From Armatimonadota bacterium (lineage in GTDB: Bacteria > Sysuimicrobiota > Sysuimicrobiia > Sysuimicrobiales > Humicultoraceae), in the NCBI GenBank assembly GCA_037443365.1, contig JBBIOM010000002.1, forward strand, positions 1 through 64,000: a stretch of DNA of 64,000 bases, given 5' to 3'. A model generated the notes under the pieces. The model was not told the DNA's origin. It made no database searches and worked only from the letters and a program-made list of their open reading frames with translations. This document shows positions 50,152-60,374 of this stretch, piece by piece. A program made the translations under genes and the position numbers. The stretch's first letter is position 1. Every line of letters begins with the position of its first letter.

Positions 50152-52159
50152 GGCTCATTCCCCAAACGGCGGGCCGCGAGTCGGGGTCTACATCTGCCAC
50201 TGCGGCAGGAACATCGCCGGTATGATCGACGTGCAGCGTCTGACCGACTACGCGGCCACGCTGCCCGGTGTCGTGGTCGCGCGGGACTACAAGTACATGT
50301 GCTCAGATCCCGGCCAGCTGCTCATCCAGAAGGACATCGCGGAGCACAAGCTGGACCGGATCGTTGTGGCGGCCTGCTCGCCGCTGCTCCACGAGCACAC
50401 GTTCCGCGGCGCCACGGAGGCCGGGGGCATCAACCCGTTCTACTTCCAGATGGTGAGCCTCCGGGAGCACGCCTCCTGGGTGCACACCGATGCCGAGGAG
50501 GCGACGCGTAAGGGCCAGGATCTGGTCCGCGCCGCCGTCTGGCGGGTCATCTACCACGAGCCGCTGGAGCGGCGCCGCGTCCCGGTGAAGCCGGCTGCGC
50601 TGGTCCTCGGAGGCGGGATCGCCGGCATCCACGCGGCGCTCACCATCGCCAACGGCGGCAAGCACGTGTACCTGGTGGAGCGCGAGCCCACGATCGGCGG
50701 GCACATGGCCAAGTTCGACAAGACGTTCCCCACGCTCGACTGCGCCGCGTGCATCCTGACCCCCAAGATGACGGCGGTCAGGGCCCACCCCAACATCACG
50801 CTCTGGACGTACTCCGAGGTGGCGCAGGTTGAGGGGTACGTGGGCAACTACAAGGTCAAGGTCAAGCGCAAGCCGCGCTACATCAATGAGGAGCTGTGCA
50901 TAGGCTGCCAAGAGTGCATCCCCGCGTGCATCTACAAGGAAGCCAAGCACCCGGACGAGTTCAACCTCGGGCTGAGCAAGCGCCGCCCGATCTACATCCC
51001 GTTCCCCCAGGCGGTCCCGCAGATCGTTGTCATCGACCCTGAGACCTGCATCGAGTTCAAGTCGGGCAAGTGCAAGAAGACCTGCGTCGAGGCATGTGGA
51101 GAGCGCAACGCCATAGACTTCAAGCAGACAGAGGTGATCGAGGAGATCGAGGTCGGCGCCATCGTCCTGGCGACGGGGTTCAAGACGTTCGACGCCGGCC
51201 GCGTTCCCTACTACGGCTACGGCACCTACCCCGATGTCTACTCGGCCCTGGAGATCGAGCGCATCGTGAACGCCTCGGGCCCGACCGGGGGCGAGGTCGT
51301 CCTGCGCGACGGCCGAACGCCCGAGCGCGTCGGGATCATCCACTGCGTCGGCTCCCGCGACGAGAACTACAACGTCTACTGCTCCCGCGTGTGCTGCATG
51401 TACTCAATCAAGCTGGCACACTTGATCAAGGAGCGAACGGGGGCCGAGGTCTACAACTTCTACATTGACGTTCGTACCCCCGGGAAGGGGTTTGAGGAGT
51501 TCTACACCAGGACGCTGGCAGAGGGAGTGCACTTCATCCGCGGCAAGGTCGGCCAGGTGTCCGACTGGGCGACCGCGCCCGAGGAGAAGGGCAAGCTTGT
51601 CATACAGGTGGAGGACACGCTGGCCGGCATGATCCGGCGCATCCCGGTGGACATGGTCGTGCTGAGCCCGGGCCTCGACCCGCAGCCGGACGCGCAGGAC
51701 GTGCGAAGGATGTTCAACATCTCCTGCTCGAACGAGGGCTGGTTCCTGGAGAGGCACCCGAAGCTCGCGCCGGTAAACACGTTCACCGACGGTATCTTCC
51801 TGGCCGGCGCGTGCCAGGGCCCCAAGGACATCCCGGACTCCGTGGCCCAGGCCGGCGCGGCCGCGGCCGAGGCGTTTGCGCTCATTGACGCCGGCTACTT
51901 CGAGCTGGAGCCCACGACCGCGTACATCCTGGCCGAGGAGTGCTCGGGCTGCAAGACCTGCGTCCCACTGTGCCCGTACACGGCCATTGCCTTTGATGCC
52001 CAGACCGCCAAGGCGGTGATCAACGAGGCGCTGTGCAAGGGTTGTGGGGTCTGCGTGGCGGCGTGCCCGTCCGGATCCATCCAGCAGCACCTCTTCGATG
52101 ACAGGCAGATATACGCCGAGATACAGGGCGTGCTGGCGGGAGTGACCGCGGCTTCCTGA
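50144..52159 (+). CDS. hdrA: Heterodisulfide reductase subunit A
   Basis: CHCG, ACSP, GGGIAG, FPTLDCAACILTPK, CSRVCCMYSIK, C-terminal ferredoxin. Confidence 0.95.
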   Translation: MREAHSPNGGPRVGVYICHCGRNIAGMIDVQRLTDYAATLPGVVVARDYKYMCSDPGQLLIQKDIAEHKLDRIVVAACSPLLHEHTFRGATEAGGINPFYFQMVSLREHASWVHTDAEEATRKGQDLVRAAVWRVIYHEPLERRRVPVKPAALVLGGGIAGIHAALTIANGGKHVYLVEREPTIGGHMAKFDKTFPTLDCAACILTPKMTAVRAHPNITLWTYSEVAQVEGYVGNYKVKVKRKPRYINEELCIGCQECIPACIYKEAKHPDEFNLGLSKRRPIYIPFPQAVPQIVVIDPETCIEFKSGKCKKTCVEACGERNAIDFKQTEVIEEIEVGAIVLATGFKTFDAGRVPYYGYGTYPDVYSALEIERIVNASGPTGGEVVLRDGRTPERVGIIHCVGSRDENYNVYCSRVCCMYSIKLAHLIKERTGAEVYNFYIDVRTPGKGFEEFYTRTLAEGVHFIRGKVGQVSDWATAPEEKGKLVIQVEDTLAGMIRRIPVDMVVLSPGLDPQPDAQDVRRMFNISCSNEGWFLERHPKLAPVNTFTDGIFLAGACQGPKDIPDSVAQAGAAAAEAFALIDAGYFELEPTTAYILAEECSGCKTCVPLCPYTAIAFDAQTAKAVINEALCKGCGVCVAACPSGSIQQHLFDDRQIYAEIQGVLAGVTAAS

Positions 52160-52194
52160 GAACGATCCGACCCGCGAGTGAGGTGGAGATCCTG

Positions 52195-52710
52195 ATGGAA
52201 GAGCAGAGAGTAGGGACGACGAACGGGCAGGACCCAACGATCGTGGCGTTCTTCTGCACGTGGTGCACCTACACCGCGGCGGACCTGGCCGGCACCTCCC
52301 GCATGAAGTATCCCCCAAACGTCCGGATCATCCGCGTGATGTGCTCGGGGCGGGTGGATCCGCAGTTCGTGGTCGAGGCGTTCGCTCAGGGCGCCGACGG
52401 GGTTCTGATCGGCGGCTGCCACCCCGGAGACTGCCACTACGTGGAGGGCAACTACAAGGCGCTGCGCCGGATAACGCTGCTCCGGCGAGTCCTGCGGGAG
52501 ATGGGGATCGAGGACGAGCGCCTCCGGTTGGAGTGGATCTCCGCCTCGGAGGGCGAGAAGGTGGCCCGTGTGATCCGAGAGATGGTCGAGGAGATGCGCC
52601 GTCTGGGCAGGCTCGACCTGCCCGGGAGGCGGGCACGATGGGACGCAGAGGTCCTGCCCCACGGCGGACCCACCGAGGCCGTAGCGGCCGCACCAATGGG
52701 AGGTGAGTAG
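52195..52710 (+). CDS. mvhD: MvhD/FlpD 2Fe-2S subunit
   Basis: CTWCTY.AAD, MCSGRVDP, GCHPGDCHY, WISASEG. Confidence 0.95.
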   Translation: MEEQRVGTTNGQDPTIVAFFCTWCTYTAADLAGTSRMKYPPNVRIIRVMCSGRVDPQFVVEAFAQGADGVLIGGCHPGDCHYVEGNYKALRRITLLRRVLREMGIEDERLRLEWISASEGEKVARVIREMVEEMRRLGRLDLPGRRARWDAEVLPHGGPTEAVAAAPMGGE

Positions 52711-53710
52711 GATGTCGAGCCCCACGAAGCCGCAGGTCGCCTTCTACTGGTGCGCCGCGTGCGGTGGATGCGAGGAGGCGGTTGTTGACCTGGCCGACGG
52801 CATCCTGGCCGTGGTCGACGCCGTGGACATCATCTTCTGGCCGGTGGCACTCGACTTCAAGCGGAGTGACGTGGAGGCGCGCCCAGATGGATCCATCGCG
52901 GTCGCCTTCGTCAACGGCGCGATCCGCACCTCAGAGCAGGAAGAGATGGCGCATCTGCTGCGGCGCAAGGCCCAGGTCCTGATCGCGTTCGGCGCGTGCT
53001 CCCACCTGGGAGGAATCCCGGGGCTGGCCAACCTCAGCGATCGCGAGGCGATCCTGCGCGGCAGCTACGAAGAGGCGCCGTCCGTCATCAACCCGGAGGG
53101 CACCCGCCCGCAGGAGACCTGGCAGGAGAACGGCCGCATGACGACACTCCCGGCCTTTCGCGAGACCGTGCGCACGCTGGATCAGGTGGTGGATGTCGAC
53201 TACTACATCCCAGGCTGCCCTCCCACCGCGAAGCTCCTCATGGAGGCGGTCGGAGCGATCCTGGCCGGTGCCCTTCCTCCCAAGGGGAGCGTCTTGGCGC
53301 CCGACATCGCGCTGTGCGATCAGTGCCACCTGAAGGCCACCAAGCCCGACCGGCTGCTGCTGGCCAGCTTCAAGCGCCCTCACCAGGTGCTGATCGATCC
53401 TGACACCTGCCTGCTCTCGCAGGGGTTGCTGTGCCTGGGGCCGGCCACGCGCGCAGGATGCGAAGCCCTTTGCCCGAAGGGGAGCATGCCGTGCACCGGC
53501 TGCTTCGGTCCGACGTCGCGCGTGCACGATGTTGGCGCCAAACTCGTCTCCGCGCTAGGCTCTGCCGCGGACGCGAACAGCCCGGAGGCGATCGAGTCCA
53601 TCATTGCCACCATCCCCGATCCGGTGGGCACGTTCTACCGGTACTCGCTTCCTGCCTCACGGCTGCGCCGCAAGGTATCCCTGCCCACCGCGGCAGACGC
53701 GGCGCAATAG
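52703..53710 (+). CDS. mvhG: Group 3c hydrogenase small subunit
   Basis: CAACGGC, FGAC, PGCPP, CLGPATRAGC, PCTGCFGP. Confidence 0.92.
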   Translation: MSRMSSPTKPQVAFYWCAACGGCEEAVVDLADGILAVVDAVDIIFWPVALDFKRSDVEARPDGSIAVAFVNGAIRTSEQEEMAHLLRRKAQVLIAFGACSHLGGIPGLANLSDREAILRGSYEEAPSVINPEGTRPQETWQENGRMTTLPAFRETVRTLDQVVDVDYYIPGCPPTAKLLMEAVGAILAGALPPKGSVLAPDIALCDQCHLKATKPDRLLLASFKRPHQVLIDPDTCLLSQGLLCLGPATRAGCEALCPKGSMPCTGCFGPTSRVHDVGAKLVSALGSAADANSPEAIESIIATIPDPVGTFYRYSLPASRLRRKVSLPTAADAAQ

Positions 53711-53745
53711 TAGAAGGTCGAGGAGGACGGAGCGCGGACGACGCG

Positions 53746-55740
53746 ATGGCCGGCGCCCTGAGGAGAGTCAGAGGCAGGTACCTGCCCGGGTTTGTCTCGG
53801 CACGCGGGAACGGTGGCAGGGTACCCATAGCCACCAAGCTGATCGCAAGCTACCTGCTCATAATCGGCATCACGGTGATCGTCTTCGCGGTAGTGGGGTC
53901 GCACCTCGTCGGAACGATCATCATGTCTGAGGCGCAGGCAAGCGTTCGCAACAACCTCAACGCGGCTCGCGAGATCCTCTACGGCAGGCTGGGGCACATC
54001 AGCGACACGGTCCGGCTGTCAGCCGAGAGGTTCTTCATGAAGGATGCGCTGCTGTCCGGCGACATCCCCCGGCTCGCCGAGGAACTCGGGAGGGTAGGCC
54101 GGAGGGAACGGCTGGACGTGTTCACGCTCACCGACAGGACCGGCAAGGTCCTGGTGAGGACCGCCCCCACATATGCCGTGGGGGACGACGTGAGCCACTA
54201 CGAGGTTGTGGCAGCCGTCCTGGACGGGGGGGGGCCCGCGGCGGCCGTGACGCTGTTGTCCCCCGCGGATCTCCACAGGGAGTCACCTGCCCTCGCGGAG
54301 CAGGCGCGCTTCAAGATCGTGGAGACGCCTATGGCCGCGCCCCGGGAGGCCGCAGAAGAGGCCAGGGGCATGATGCTGATGGCGGCGTCCCCGGTCGTGG
54401 ACACCCGCGGCGAACTGCTTGGAGTGCTCTACGGCGGCACGTTGCTGAACCGCAACTTCGCGATCGTGGACAAGATCAAGCGGACTGTCTTCCAGGGGAT
54501 GGAGTACAGGGGCGAGGAAATCGGAACCTCGACGATATTCCTGAACGACGTAAGGGTCTCGACCAACGTCATGACCGCCGAAGGCACGCGTGCAGTGGGA
54601 ACGCGGATTGCACAGGACGTCTACGATCAGGTCGTTGTGGCGGGTACCCCCTGGATAGGCCGGGCCTACGTGGTGAACAACTGGTACATCACGGCCTATG
54701 AGCCAATCAAGAGCATAGGCCACAAGATCATAGGGGTTCTCTATGTGGGCGTGCTGGAGCGCAAGTACGTGGATCTCAGGAAGCGGGCGGTGTTCACGCT
54801 CCTGGCGCTGACGCTGGGGGGCGGCCTGCTGTCCATGGGCGTGTCCTACGCCATCTCGCGAAGGGTATCTGAGTCCGTGCGGCAACTCCTCTCGGCATCC
54901 AGGGAGGTGGCCGGCGGCAACCTGAACACGGCCGTCGAGATCACGACGAACGACGAGTTGCAGGAGCTGGCCGACAGCTTCAACACCATGGCCTCTGCAC
55001 TGAGGGAGCGAGACGCCCGACTCAAGGAGTACACGCGAAGGAGGGTCATGGAGTCCGAGCGGCTGGCGATCACGGGGCAACTCGCGGCCGGGGTGGCGCA
55101 CGAGCTGAACAACCCTCTCCAGGGAATCATCGCCTTCTCCAACCTGCTGCTCGAGAGGACTCCCCCCGAGGAGAGACTGCGCGAGACCCTCGCCAAGATC
55201 ATAACCCAGGCGGGGCGGTGCAGGGACATCGTGCGTGGACTGCTGGACTACGCACGGCCGGTCAAGCCTCACAAGCGCCCATCGGACGTCAACTCCATAC
55301 TTCAACAGGGAATCGCGCTTGTCGAGGGGCAGGCGCTGTTCCACAACATCCAGGTCGTCCGGGATCTCCAGGAGGGGTTGCCGCCGGCCGTCGTGGACCC
55401 CGCCCAGATCCAGCAGGTGTTCATGAACATGATCATCAACGCCGCCGAGGCGATGGACGGGGTGGGGCGATTGACGCTCGCTACGCGGGCCGAACCAGAT
55501 GGCAGGCACGTCGAGATCGCGATCGCCGACACCGGACGCGGAATCCGCCCGGAGGACATGGATAGGATATTCGACCCGTTCTTCACCACCAAGGACCAGG
55601 GGCACGGCACAGGACTCGGGCTCGCGATCAGCTTCGGCATCATCAAGGAGCACGGCGGTACGATCCTGGTGGAGAGCGAGGAAGGCAAAGGCACGTCGTT
55701 CATCGTGAGGCTGCCCGTCGGGCCCGCAGGAGAGGCGTAG
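53746..55740 (+). CDS. Membrane sensor histidine kinase (Cache-HAMP-HisKA-HATPase)
   Basis: Two TMs, YITAYEPI, HAMP, AHELNNP, NAAEA, DTGRGI, PFFTTK, GTGLGL. Confidence 0.94.
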   Translation: MAGALRRVRGRYLPGFVSARGNGGRVPIATKLIASYLLIIGITVIVFAVVGSHLVGTIIMSEAQASVRNNLNAAREILYGRLGHISDTVRLSAERFFMKDALLSGDIPRLAEELGRVGRRERLDVFTLTDRTGKVLVRTAPTYAVGDDVSHYEVVAAVLDGGGPAAAVTLLSPADLHRESPALAEQARFKIVETPMAAPREAAEEARGMMLMAASPVVDTRGELLGVLYGGTLLNRNFAIVDKIKRTVFQGMEYRGEEIGTSTIFLNDVRVSTNVMTAEGTRAVGTRIAQDVYDQVVVAGTPWIGRAYVVNNWYITAYEPIKSIGHKIIGVLYVGVLERKYVDLRKRAVFTLLALTLGGGLLSMGVSYAISRRVSESVRQLLSASREVAGGNLNTAVEITTNDELQELADSFNTMASALRERDARLKEYTRRRVMESERLAITGQLAAGVAHELNNPLQGIIAFSNLLLERTPPEERLRETLAKIITQAGRCRDIVRGLLDYARPVKPHKRPSDVNSILQQGIALVEGQALFHNIQVVRDLQEGLPPAVVDPAQIQQVFMNMIINAAEAMDGVGRLTLATRAEPDGRHVEIAIADTGRGIRPEDMDRIFDPFFTTKDQGHGTGLGLAISFGIIKEHGGTILVESEEGKGTSFIVRLPVGPAGEA

Positions 55741-55743
55741 CAG

Positions 55744-56904
55744 GTGGAGATCAGGCCCAGGATACTCATCATAGACGACGAGGAGATCGTGCTGGACTCG
55801 TGCTGCCAGATCCTCGAGGGCTCCGGGTACGCCACCAAGACGGCGACGGATGGGGCTGCCGGCTTGCGGCAGGTGGCGGAGTTCCGCCCCGACCTCGTCT
55901 TCGTGGACCTCAAGATGCCCGGGATCTCGGGGTTTGAGGTGCTCGAGAGAATCCGGGCCCTCGACCCCTCGATTGTGGCAATCGTGATCACCGGCTACGC
56001 CACACTGGCCTCGGCCGTGGAGGCGATGCAGAAGGGCGCCTACGACTTCCTCCCCAAGCCCTTCACCCCTGACGAGTTCCGACTGATCACGCGCAGGGGG
56101 ATTGAGAAGCGGGAACTCGTCCTCGAGACGATCGCGCTCAGGCGCGAGAAGGAGTTGCTGCAGGAGAACTTCGCCGCCATCGTCTCGCATGAGCTCAAGT
56201 CGCCGCTCAACGCGGTCCAGCAGAACCTGATCCGGCTCGTGCAGGAACTGTCGGGCAAGGCCAGCGATGAACAGATGGCCCGACTTGAGAGAATGAAGCA
56301 GAGGATCAACGATCTCCTCAAGATGATCCATACATGGCTCAGGGCGATCTCCAGCGACATCGGGAGCATCAAAGAGAGCTTCGGCCCGACCTCAGTGAGC
56401 ACGGTGGTCTCCAGGGCTGTCGAGAACGTTCACCCCTATGCCGTACGGAAGGACATCGAGATCGGGGTCTCAGTTGATGAGCCGCTCGATCCGGTGCACG
56501 GGGATGAGGGCACGCTTGTCGAGGCACTGGTCAACCTGCTTGGCAACGCGATAAGATACTCGCGTTCGGGCAGCAGCGTTCAGGTTCACGCCGAGCAGCG
56601 GTCCGGTCAGATACTGATCTCGGTCCGGGACCAGGGGGTAGGCATAGCCGAGGACGAGCTGCCGTACATCTTCGGCAACTTCTACAGGGGCCGCGGGACA
56701 GGGGATGAGGCAGGGGCCGGACTGGGTCTTGCCATCACCCGGCGCATCGTCGAGGCCCACGGAGGCACGATTGGCGCGACAAGCAAGCTGGGTGAGGGCA
56801 GCACGTTCGTGATCACCCTGCCGGCGGGGAGCCCAGGAACGGGAACGCACCATACTCCGGAGGCCGGCGGACCGGAGAATCCGCAAGGGGGACACCTGAC
56901 ATGA
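55744..56904 (+). CDS. Hybrid REC-histidine kinase
   Basis: IDDE, DLKMP, KPF, then SHELKSPL, NAIRY, DQGVG, GAGLGL. Confidence 0.93.
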   Translation: MEIRPRILIIDDEEIVLDSCCQILEGSGYATKTATDGAAGLRQVAEFRPDLVFVDLKMPGISGFEVLERIRALDPSIVAIVITGYATLASAVEAMQKGAYDFLPKPFTPDEFRLITRRGIEKRELVLETIALRREKELLQENFAAIVSHELKSPLNAVQQNLIRLVQELSGKASDEQMARLERMKQRINDLLKMIHTWLRAISSDIGSIKESFGPTSVSTVVSRAVENVHPYAVRKDIEIGVSVDEPLDPVHGDEGTLVEALVNLLGNAIRYSRSGSSVQVHAEQRSGQILISVRDQGVGIAEDELPYIFGNFYRGRGTGDEAGAGLGLAITRRIVEAHGGTIGATSKLGEGSTFVITLPAGSPGTGTHHTPEAGGPENPQGGHLT

Positions 56905-57323
56905 GCCAAGCAACTCGGTTGCTGATCATTGACGACGATCCCGACTTCGTGGATGGGATCAAGTCCATTCTAGAGGGCGCGGGCTATCAGGTTGACGCGG
57001 CCTACAACCCCAGGGCCGGCCTCGAGGCGCTCAAGACCAAGCCCTACGACCTGTTGCTGCTGGACATAATGATGGGGCGGGGCGCAGAGGGGATCATGGT
57101 TGCCCGCAAGCTGCGGAAGGACCCGGTCCTGAACCAGATCCCGGTGCTCATAATCACGGGATTGCGCGAGCAGATTGCCTTCCTCTTCCCAGGCCAGCCC
57201 ATCCACCCCCACCTCCTGCCCGTGGACGAGCTGGTCGAGAAGCCTGTGGAACCGCAGCTCCTGCTGGAGAAGGTAAGCGGCCTGCTCGAGCTCGCGGCGA
57301 AGCGCAAGGCAGAGAAGAAGTAG
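56901..57323 (+). CDS. Single-domain response regulator
   Basis: IDDD, LDIMM, ITG, EKP; no output domain. Confidence 0.92.
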   Translation: MSQATRLLIIDDDPDFVDGIKSILEGAGYQVDAAYNPRAGLEALKTKPYDLLLLDIMMGRGAEGIMVARKLRKDPVLNQIPVLIITGLREQIAFLFPGQPIHPHLLPVDELVEKPVEPQLLLEKVSGLLELAAKRKAEKK

Positions 57324-57339
57324 CATAGGGAGAAACTCG

Positions 57340-57903
57340 ATGCCAGCGAAACTAACGTTCTCGAACGAGATCGTCAATCTCCTGTACAGCGCCGAGACGA
57401 ACCCGGTGCAGAGCTGCATACAGTGCGGCACCTGCTCCTCCACCTGTCCGGTAGCCGGCTTCATGGATCACTCGCCGCGCAACATCATTGCCCTCATCCG
57501 GGCCGACCTCAGGCAGCCCGTGCTCTCGAGCAACGCCTTCTGGTACTGCGCCTCGTGCTACCAGTGCACCGTGAGGTGCCCGGCGGGCATTGACATTGCG
57601 GGCATGATGTACGGCCTCAAGCGCTACTCGATGTGGAGAGCCAGCATCAGGAAGGGCACGATCGGGGCGGACTTCTCGAGGCGGTTCGCCAGGATGATTC
57701 TGAGGAACGGGAAGTCCTTCGAGCCCGCGCTTGCCACGCCGTACCTGTTCCGCTACGGCCTGAGGGACTTCCTCTACGATGCCCGCAACGCCCTGGCCCT
57801 CTTCAGGAAGGGGAGGCTGCCTCTCTTTCCCAAAAGGCTCAAGCGGGCGGCCAGGTTCCGAAGGATCCTCAGCCGGATCATCCCGATGGGGAGGGCGGCA
57901 TGA
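57340..57903 (+). CDS. hdrC: Heterodisulfide reductase subunit C
   Basis: CIQCGTCSSTCP, CASCYQCTVRCP; precedes hdrB. Confidence 0.9.
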   Translation: MPAKLTFSNEIVNLLYSAETNPVQSCIQCGTCSSTCPVAGFMDHSPRNIIALIRADLRQPVLSSNAFWYCASCYQCTVRCPAGIDIAGMMYGLKRYSMWRASIRKGTIGADFSRRFARMILRNGKSFEPALATPYLFRYGLRDFLYDARNALALFRKGRLPLFPKRLKRAARFRRILSRIIPMGRAA

Positions 57904-58766
57904 AGGCCTACAGTTACTACCCAGGTTGCTCGCTCGAGAAGATGGCCGCGTCCTACCACGTCTCCACCATGGAGGTTGCAGAGCGGCTCGGACTGGAGTT
58001 CAGGGAGTTGGACGACTGGAACTGCTGCGGCGCCACCGCGTACTTTCACGTCGACGAGCTTCTCGCGCACACACTGTCCGCCCGCAATCTGGCCATAGCG
58101 GAGAAGGCGGGCCTCGATATCGTAGCGCCCTGCAGCGGGTGCTACAAGAACATGTACTTCACCAACGTGCACCTCAAGGAAGATCCTGACCTCGCGGAGC
58201 ACATCAACTACGCCCTGCAGGCCGACGACCTGGAGTTCTCCGGAAGTATCCGGGTGCGGCACCTGATCGAGGTCTTCGTACAGGATGTGGGACTGGAAGA
58301 GATACGGAAGCAGGTCACCAATCCGCTGAACGGCCTTCGCGTGGCGCCCTACTACGGGTGCCAAGTGGTCCGACCGCAGAAGGACCGGGAGGACGTGGAG
58401 CATCCCAGGTTCTTCGAGGATCTGCTCTCCGCCGCGGGCGCCACTCCCATAGACTACCCGCTGAAGCTGCGGTGCTGCGGCGGCTCCCTGATCGTGACCA
58501 GCCGAAAGGCGGCGCTGACCATGGTGCGCGACCTGCTCGAGAACGCGGTGGATCGCGGCGCCGAGGTGGTAGCCACCACCTGCCCGCTCTGCCAGCTCAA
58601 CCTCGAGTGCTATCAGCGCCACGTGAACAGCGAGTTCGGCACCAATCTGTCCATACCGATCCTGTACTTCACGCAGTTGCTCGGGCTTGCTATGGGCGTC
58701 CCCGCGAAGCGGCTGGGCATAGGTACGGAGCTGGTGGTGCCCTCATTCGCCGCTGCGCGTTCCTAG
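57900..58766 (+). CDS. hdrB: Heterodisulfide reductase subunit B
   Basis: YYPGC, WNCCG, CSGC, YYGC, CCGG, CPLCQ. Confidence 0.94.
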   Translation: MKAYSYYPGCSLEKMAASYHVSTMEVAERLGLEFRELDDWNCCGATAYFHVDELLAHTLSARNLAIAEKAGLDIVAPCSGCYKNMYFTNVHLKEDPDLAEHINYALQADDLEFSGSIRVRHLIEVFVQDVGLEEIRKQVTNPLNGLRVAPYYGCQVVRPQKDREDVEHPRFFEDLLSAAGATPIDYPLKLRCCGGSLIVTSRKAALTMVRDLLENAVDRGAEVVATTCPLCQLNLECYQRHVNSEFGTNLSIPILYFTQLLGLAMGVPAKRLGIGTELVVPSFAAARS

Positions 58767-58838
58767 GACAAGGGCGACGGGGTGACTTCGGCAACAGAAG
58801 CAGCACAGATGCCGCGAGAAAGGACCCGGTGAGTGAAG

Positions 58839-60374
58839 ATGACCAAGAAGATCTCAGAGGCCGCACAGCAGGCATGGGAAGCGGGCAAGGAGCGTGCAGA
58901 CCAGGCCTACAGCCAGCGACGCCGGGTGGTGATCGACCCGATCACGCGCCTGGAAGGGCACGGCAAGATAGACATCTTCCTGGACGAGGCAGGAGAGGTG
59001 GAGCGCGCCTACTTCCAGGTGCCGGAGCTGCGGGGATTTGAGACCTTCAGCCGCGGCCGCCCCGCGGAGGACATGCCTCAGATCACCTCGCGCATATGCG
59101 GGGTCTGCCCGCTCGCTCATCACATGGCATCGGCCAAGGCGCTGGACGACCTCTACAAGGTGGATCCCCCGCCGGCGGCCAAGAAGATCCGCGAACTCGA
59201 CTACTCGCTCTTCATGGTCGAGGACCACGCGCTGCACTTCTACTTCCTGGGCGGCCCGGACTTCGTGGTAGGCCCCACCGCGCCCAAGGCGCAGCGCAAC
59301 GTGCTGGGGGTCATCGGCGCCGTCGGGGTCGAGGTCGGCAAGCAGGTCATCGCGATGCGCCGTGCGCTGCGCGATCTGGAAACCTACCTGGGAGGCAAGA
59401 CCATCCACCCGGTGATGGGGCTCCCCGGCGGCGTGGCCAAGGGCATCGCCCCCGATGACCTCCCCCGCTTCAAGGAGGTGGCGGCCAACGCGGTGGAGTT
59501 CGCCAAGTTCACGCTCGACGTGTTCCGCAAGGTGGTGCTGGCGAACCCCGACTACGTCCGCCTGATCACATCCGACGCCTATACCCACCGTACCTACTAC
59601 ATGGGCATGGTGGACTCCAACAACAGGGTCAACTTCTATGACGGGCTGATTCGAGTGGTGGACCCGTCCGGGAAGGAGTACGCGAAGTTCAAGCCGCAGG
59701 ACTACCTGGACTACGTCGCGGAGCAGGTGGAGCCGTGGAGCTACATCAAGTTCTGCTACCTCAAGCCGGTTGGGTGGAAGGGCTTCGCCGACGGCCCGGA
59801 CAGCGGCGTCTACGCGGTGGCACCCCTGGCGCGCCTCAACGCCGCCGACGGCATGACGACGCCGCTGGCGCAGCAGGCCTACGAGGAGTTCTACGCCACG
59901 CTGGGCGGGAAGCCGGTGCACCACACCCTGGCCAACCACTGGGCCCGGGTGATCGAACTGCTCTACGCCGCCGAGCGCCTTGTGGAGCTTACCAATGACC
60001 CCGAGATCACGAGCACAGAACTGCGCGTGCTGCCCACAAGGGAACCATCGGTTGGCGTCGGTGTTGTGGAGGCGCCCCGGGGCACGCTGATCCACCACTA
60101 CGAGACGGACAAGCAGGGGCTCATAACCAGGGCCAACCTGATTGTCGCCACGCAGAACAACGCGGCGCGCATCGCGATGTCCGTGGACAGCGCCGCCAAG
60201 GGGGTCATCCACAAGGGCCAGGTGGACGACGGCCTCCTCAACATGGTCGAGATGGCCTTCCGTGCCTACGACCCCTGCCATGGATGCGGTACGCACTCCC
60301 TGCCTGGGGAGATGCCGCTCGTGGCATCGATCTACAACAGCGACGGAGAGCTCGTGCGTCAGATAAGGCGATGA
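58839..60374 (+). CDS. mvhA: Group 3c [NiFe] hydrogenase large subunit
   Basis: DPITRLEGH, L1 RICGVC, L2 DPCHGCGTH with extension; Hdr/MvhDG context. Confidence 0.93.
   Translation: MTKKISEAAQQAWEAGKERADQAYSQRRRVVIDPITRLEGHGKIDIFLDEAGEVERAYFQVPELRGFETFSRGRPAEDMPQITSRICGVCPLAHHMASAKALDDLYKVDPPPAAKKIRELDYSLFMVEDHALHFYFLGGPDFVVGPTAPKAQRNVLGVIGAVGVEVGKQVIAMRRALRDLETYLGGKTIHPVMGLPGGVAKGIAPDDLPRFKEVAANAVEFAKFTLDVFRKVVLANPDYVRLITSDAYTHRTYYMGMVDSNNRVNFYDGLIRVVDPSGKEYAKFKPQDYLDYVAEQVEPWSYIKFCYLKPVGWKGFADGPDSGVYAVAPLARLNAADGMTTPLAQQAYEEFYATLGGKPVHHTLANHWARVIELLYAAERLVELTNDPEITSTELRVLPTREPSVGVGVVEAPRGTLIHHYETDKQGLITRANLIVATQNNAARIAMSVDSAAKGVIHKGQVDDGLLNMVEMAFRAYDPCHGCGTHSLPGEMPLVASIYNSDGELVRQIRR

Noticed and set aside
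54283-56331. 682-aa minus-strand ORF
   Set aside because: Antisense shadow of the kinase genes.
50144-60374. Selenocysteine recoding in HdrA/Mvh; methanogenesis
   Set aside because: Frames are open with Cys at motif positions. The context is bacterial, with no mcr/mtr genes.
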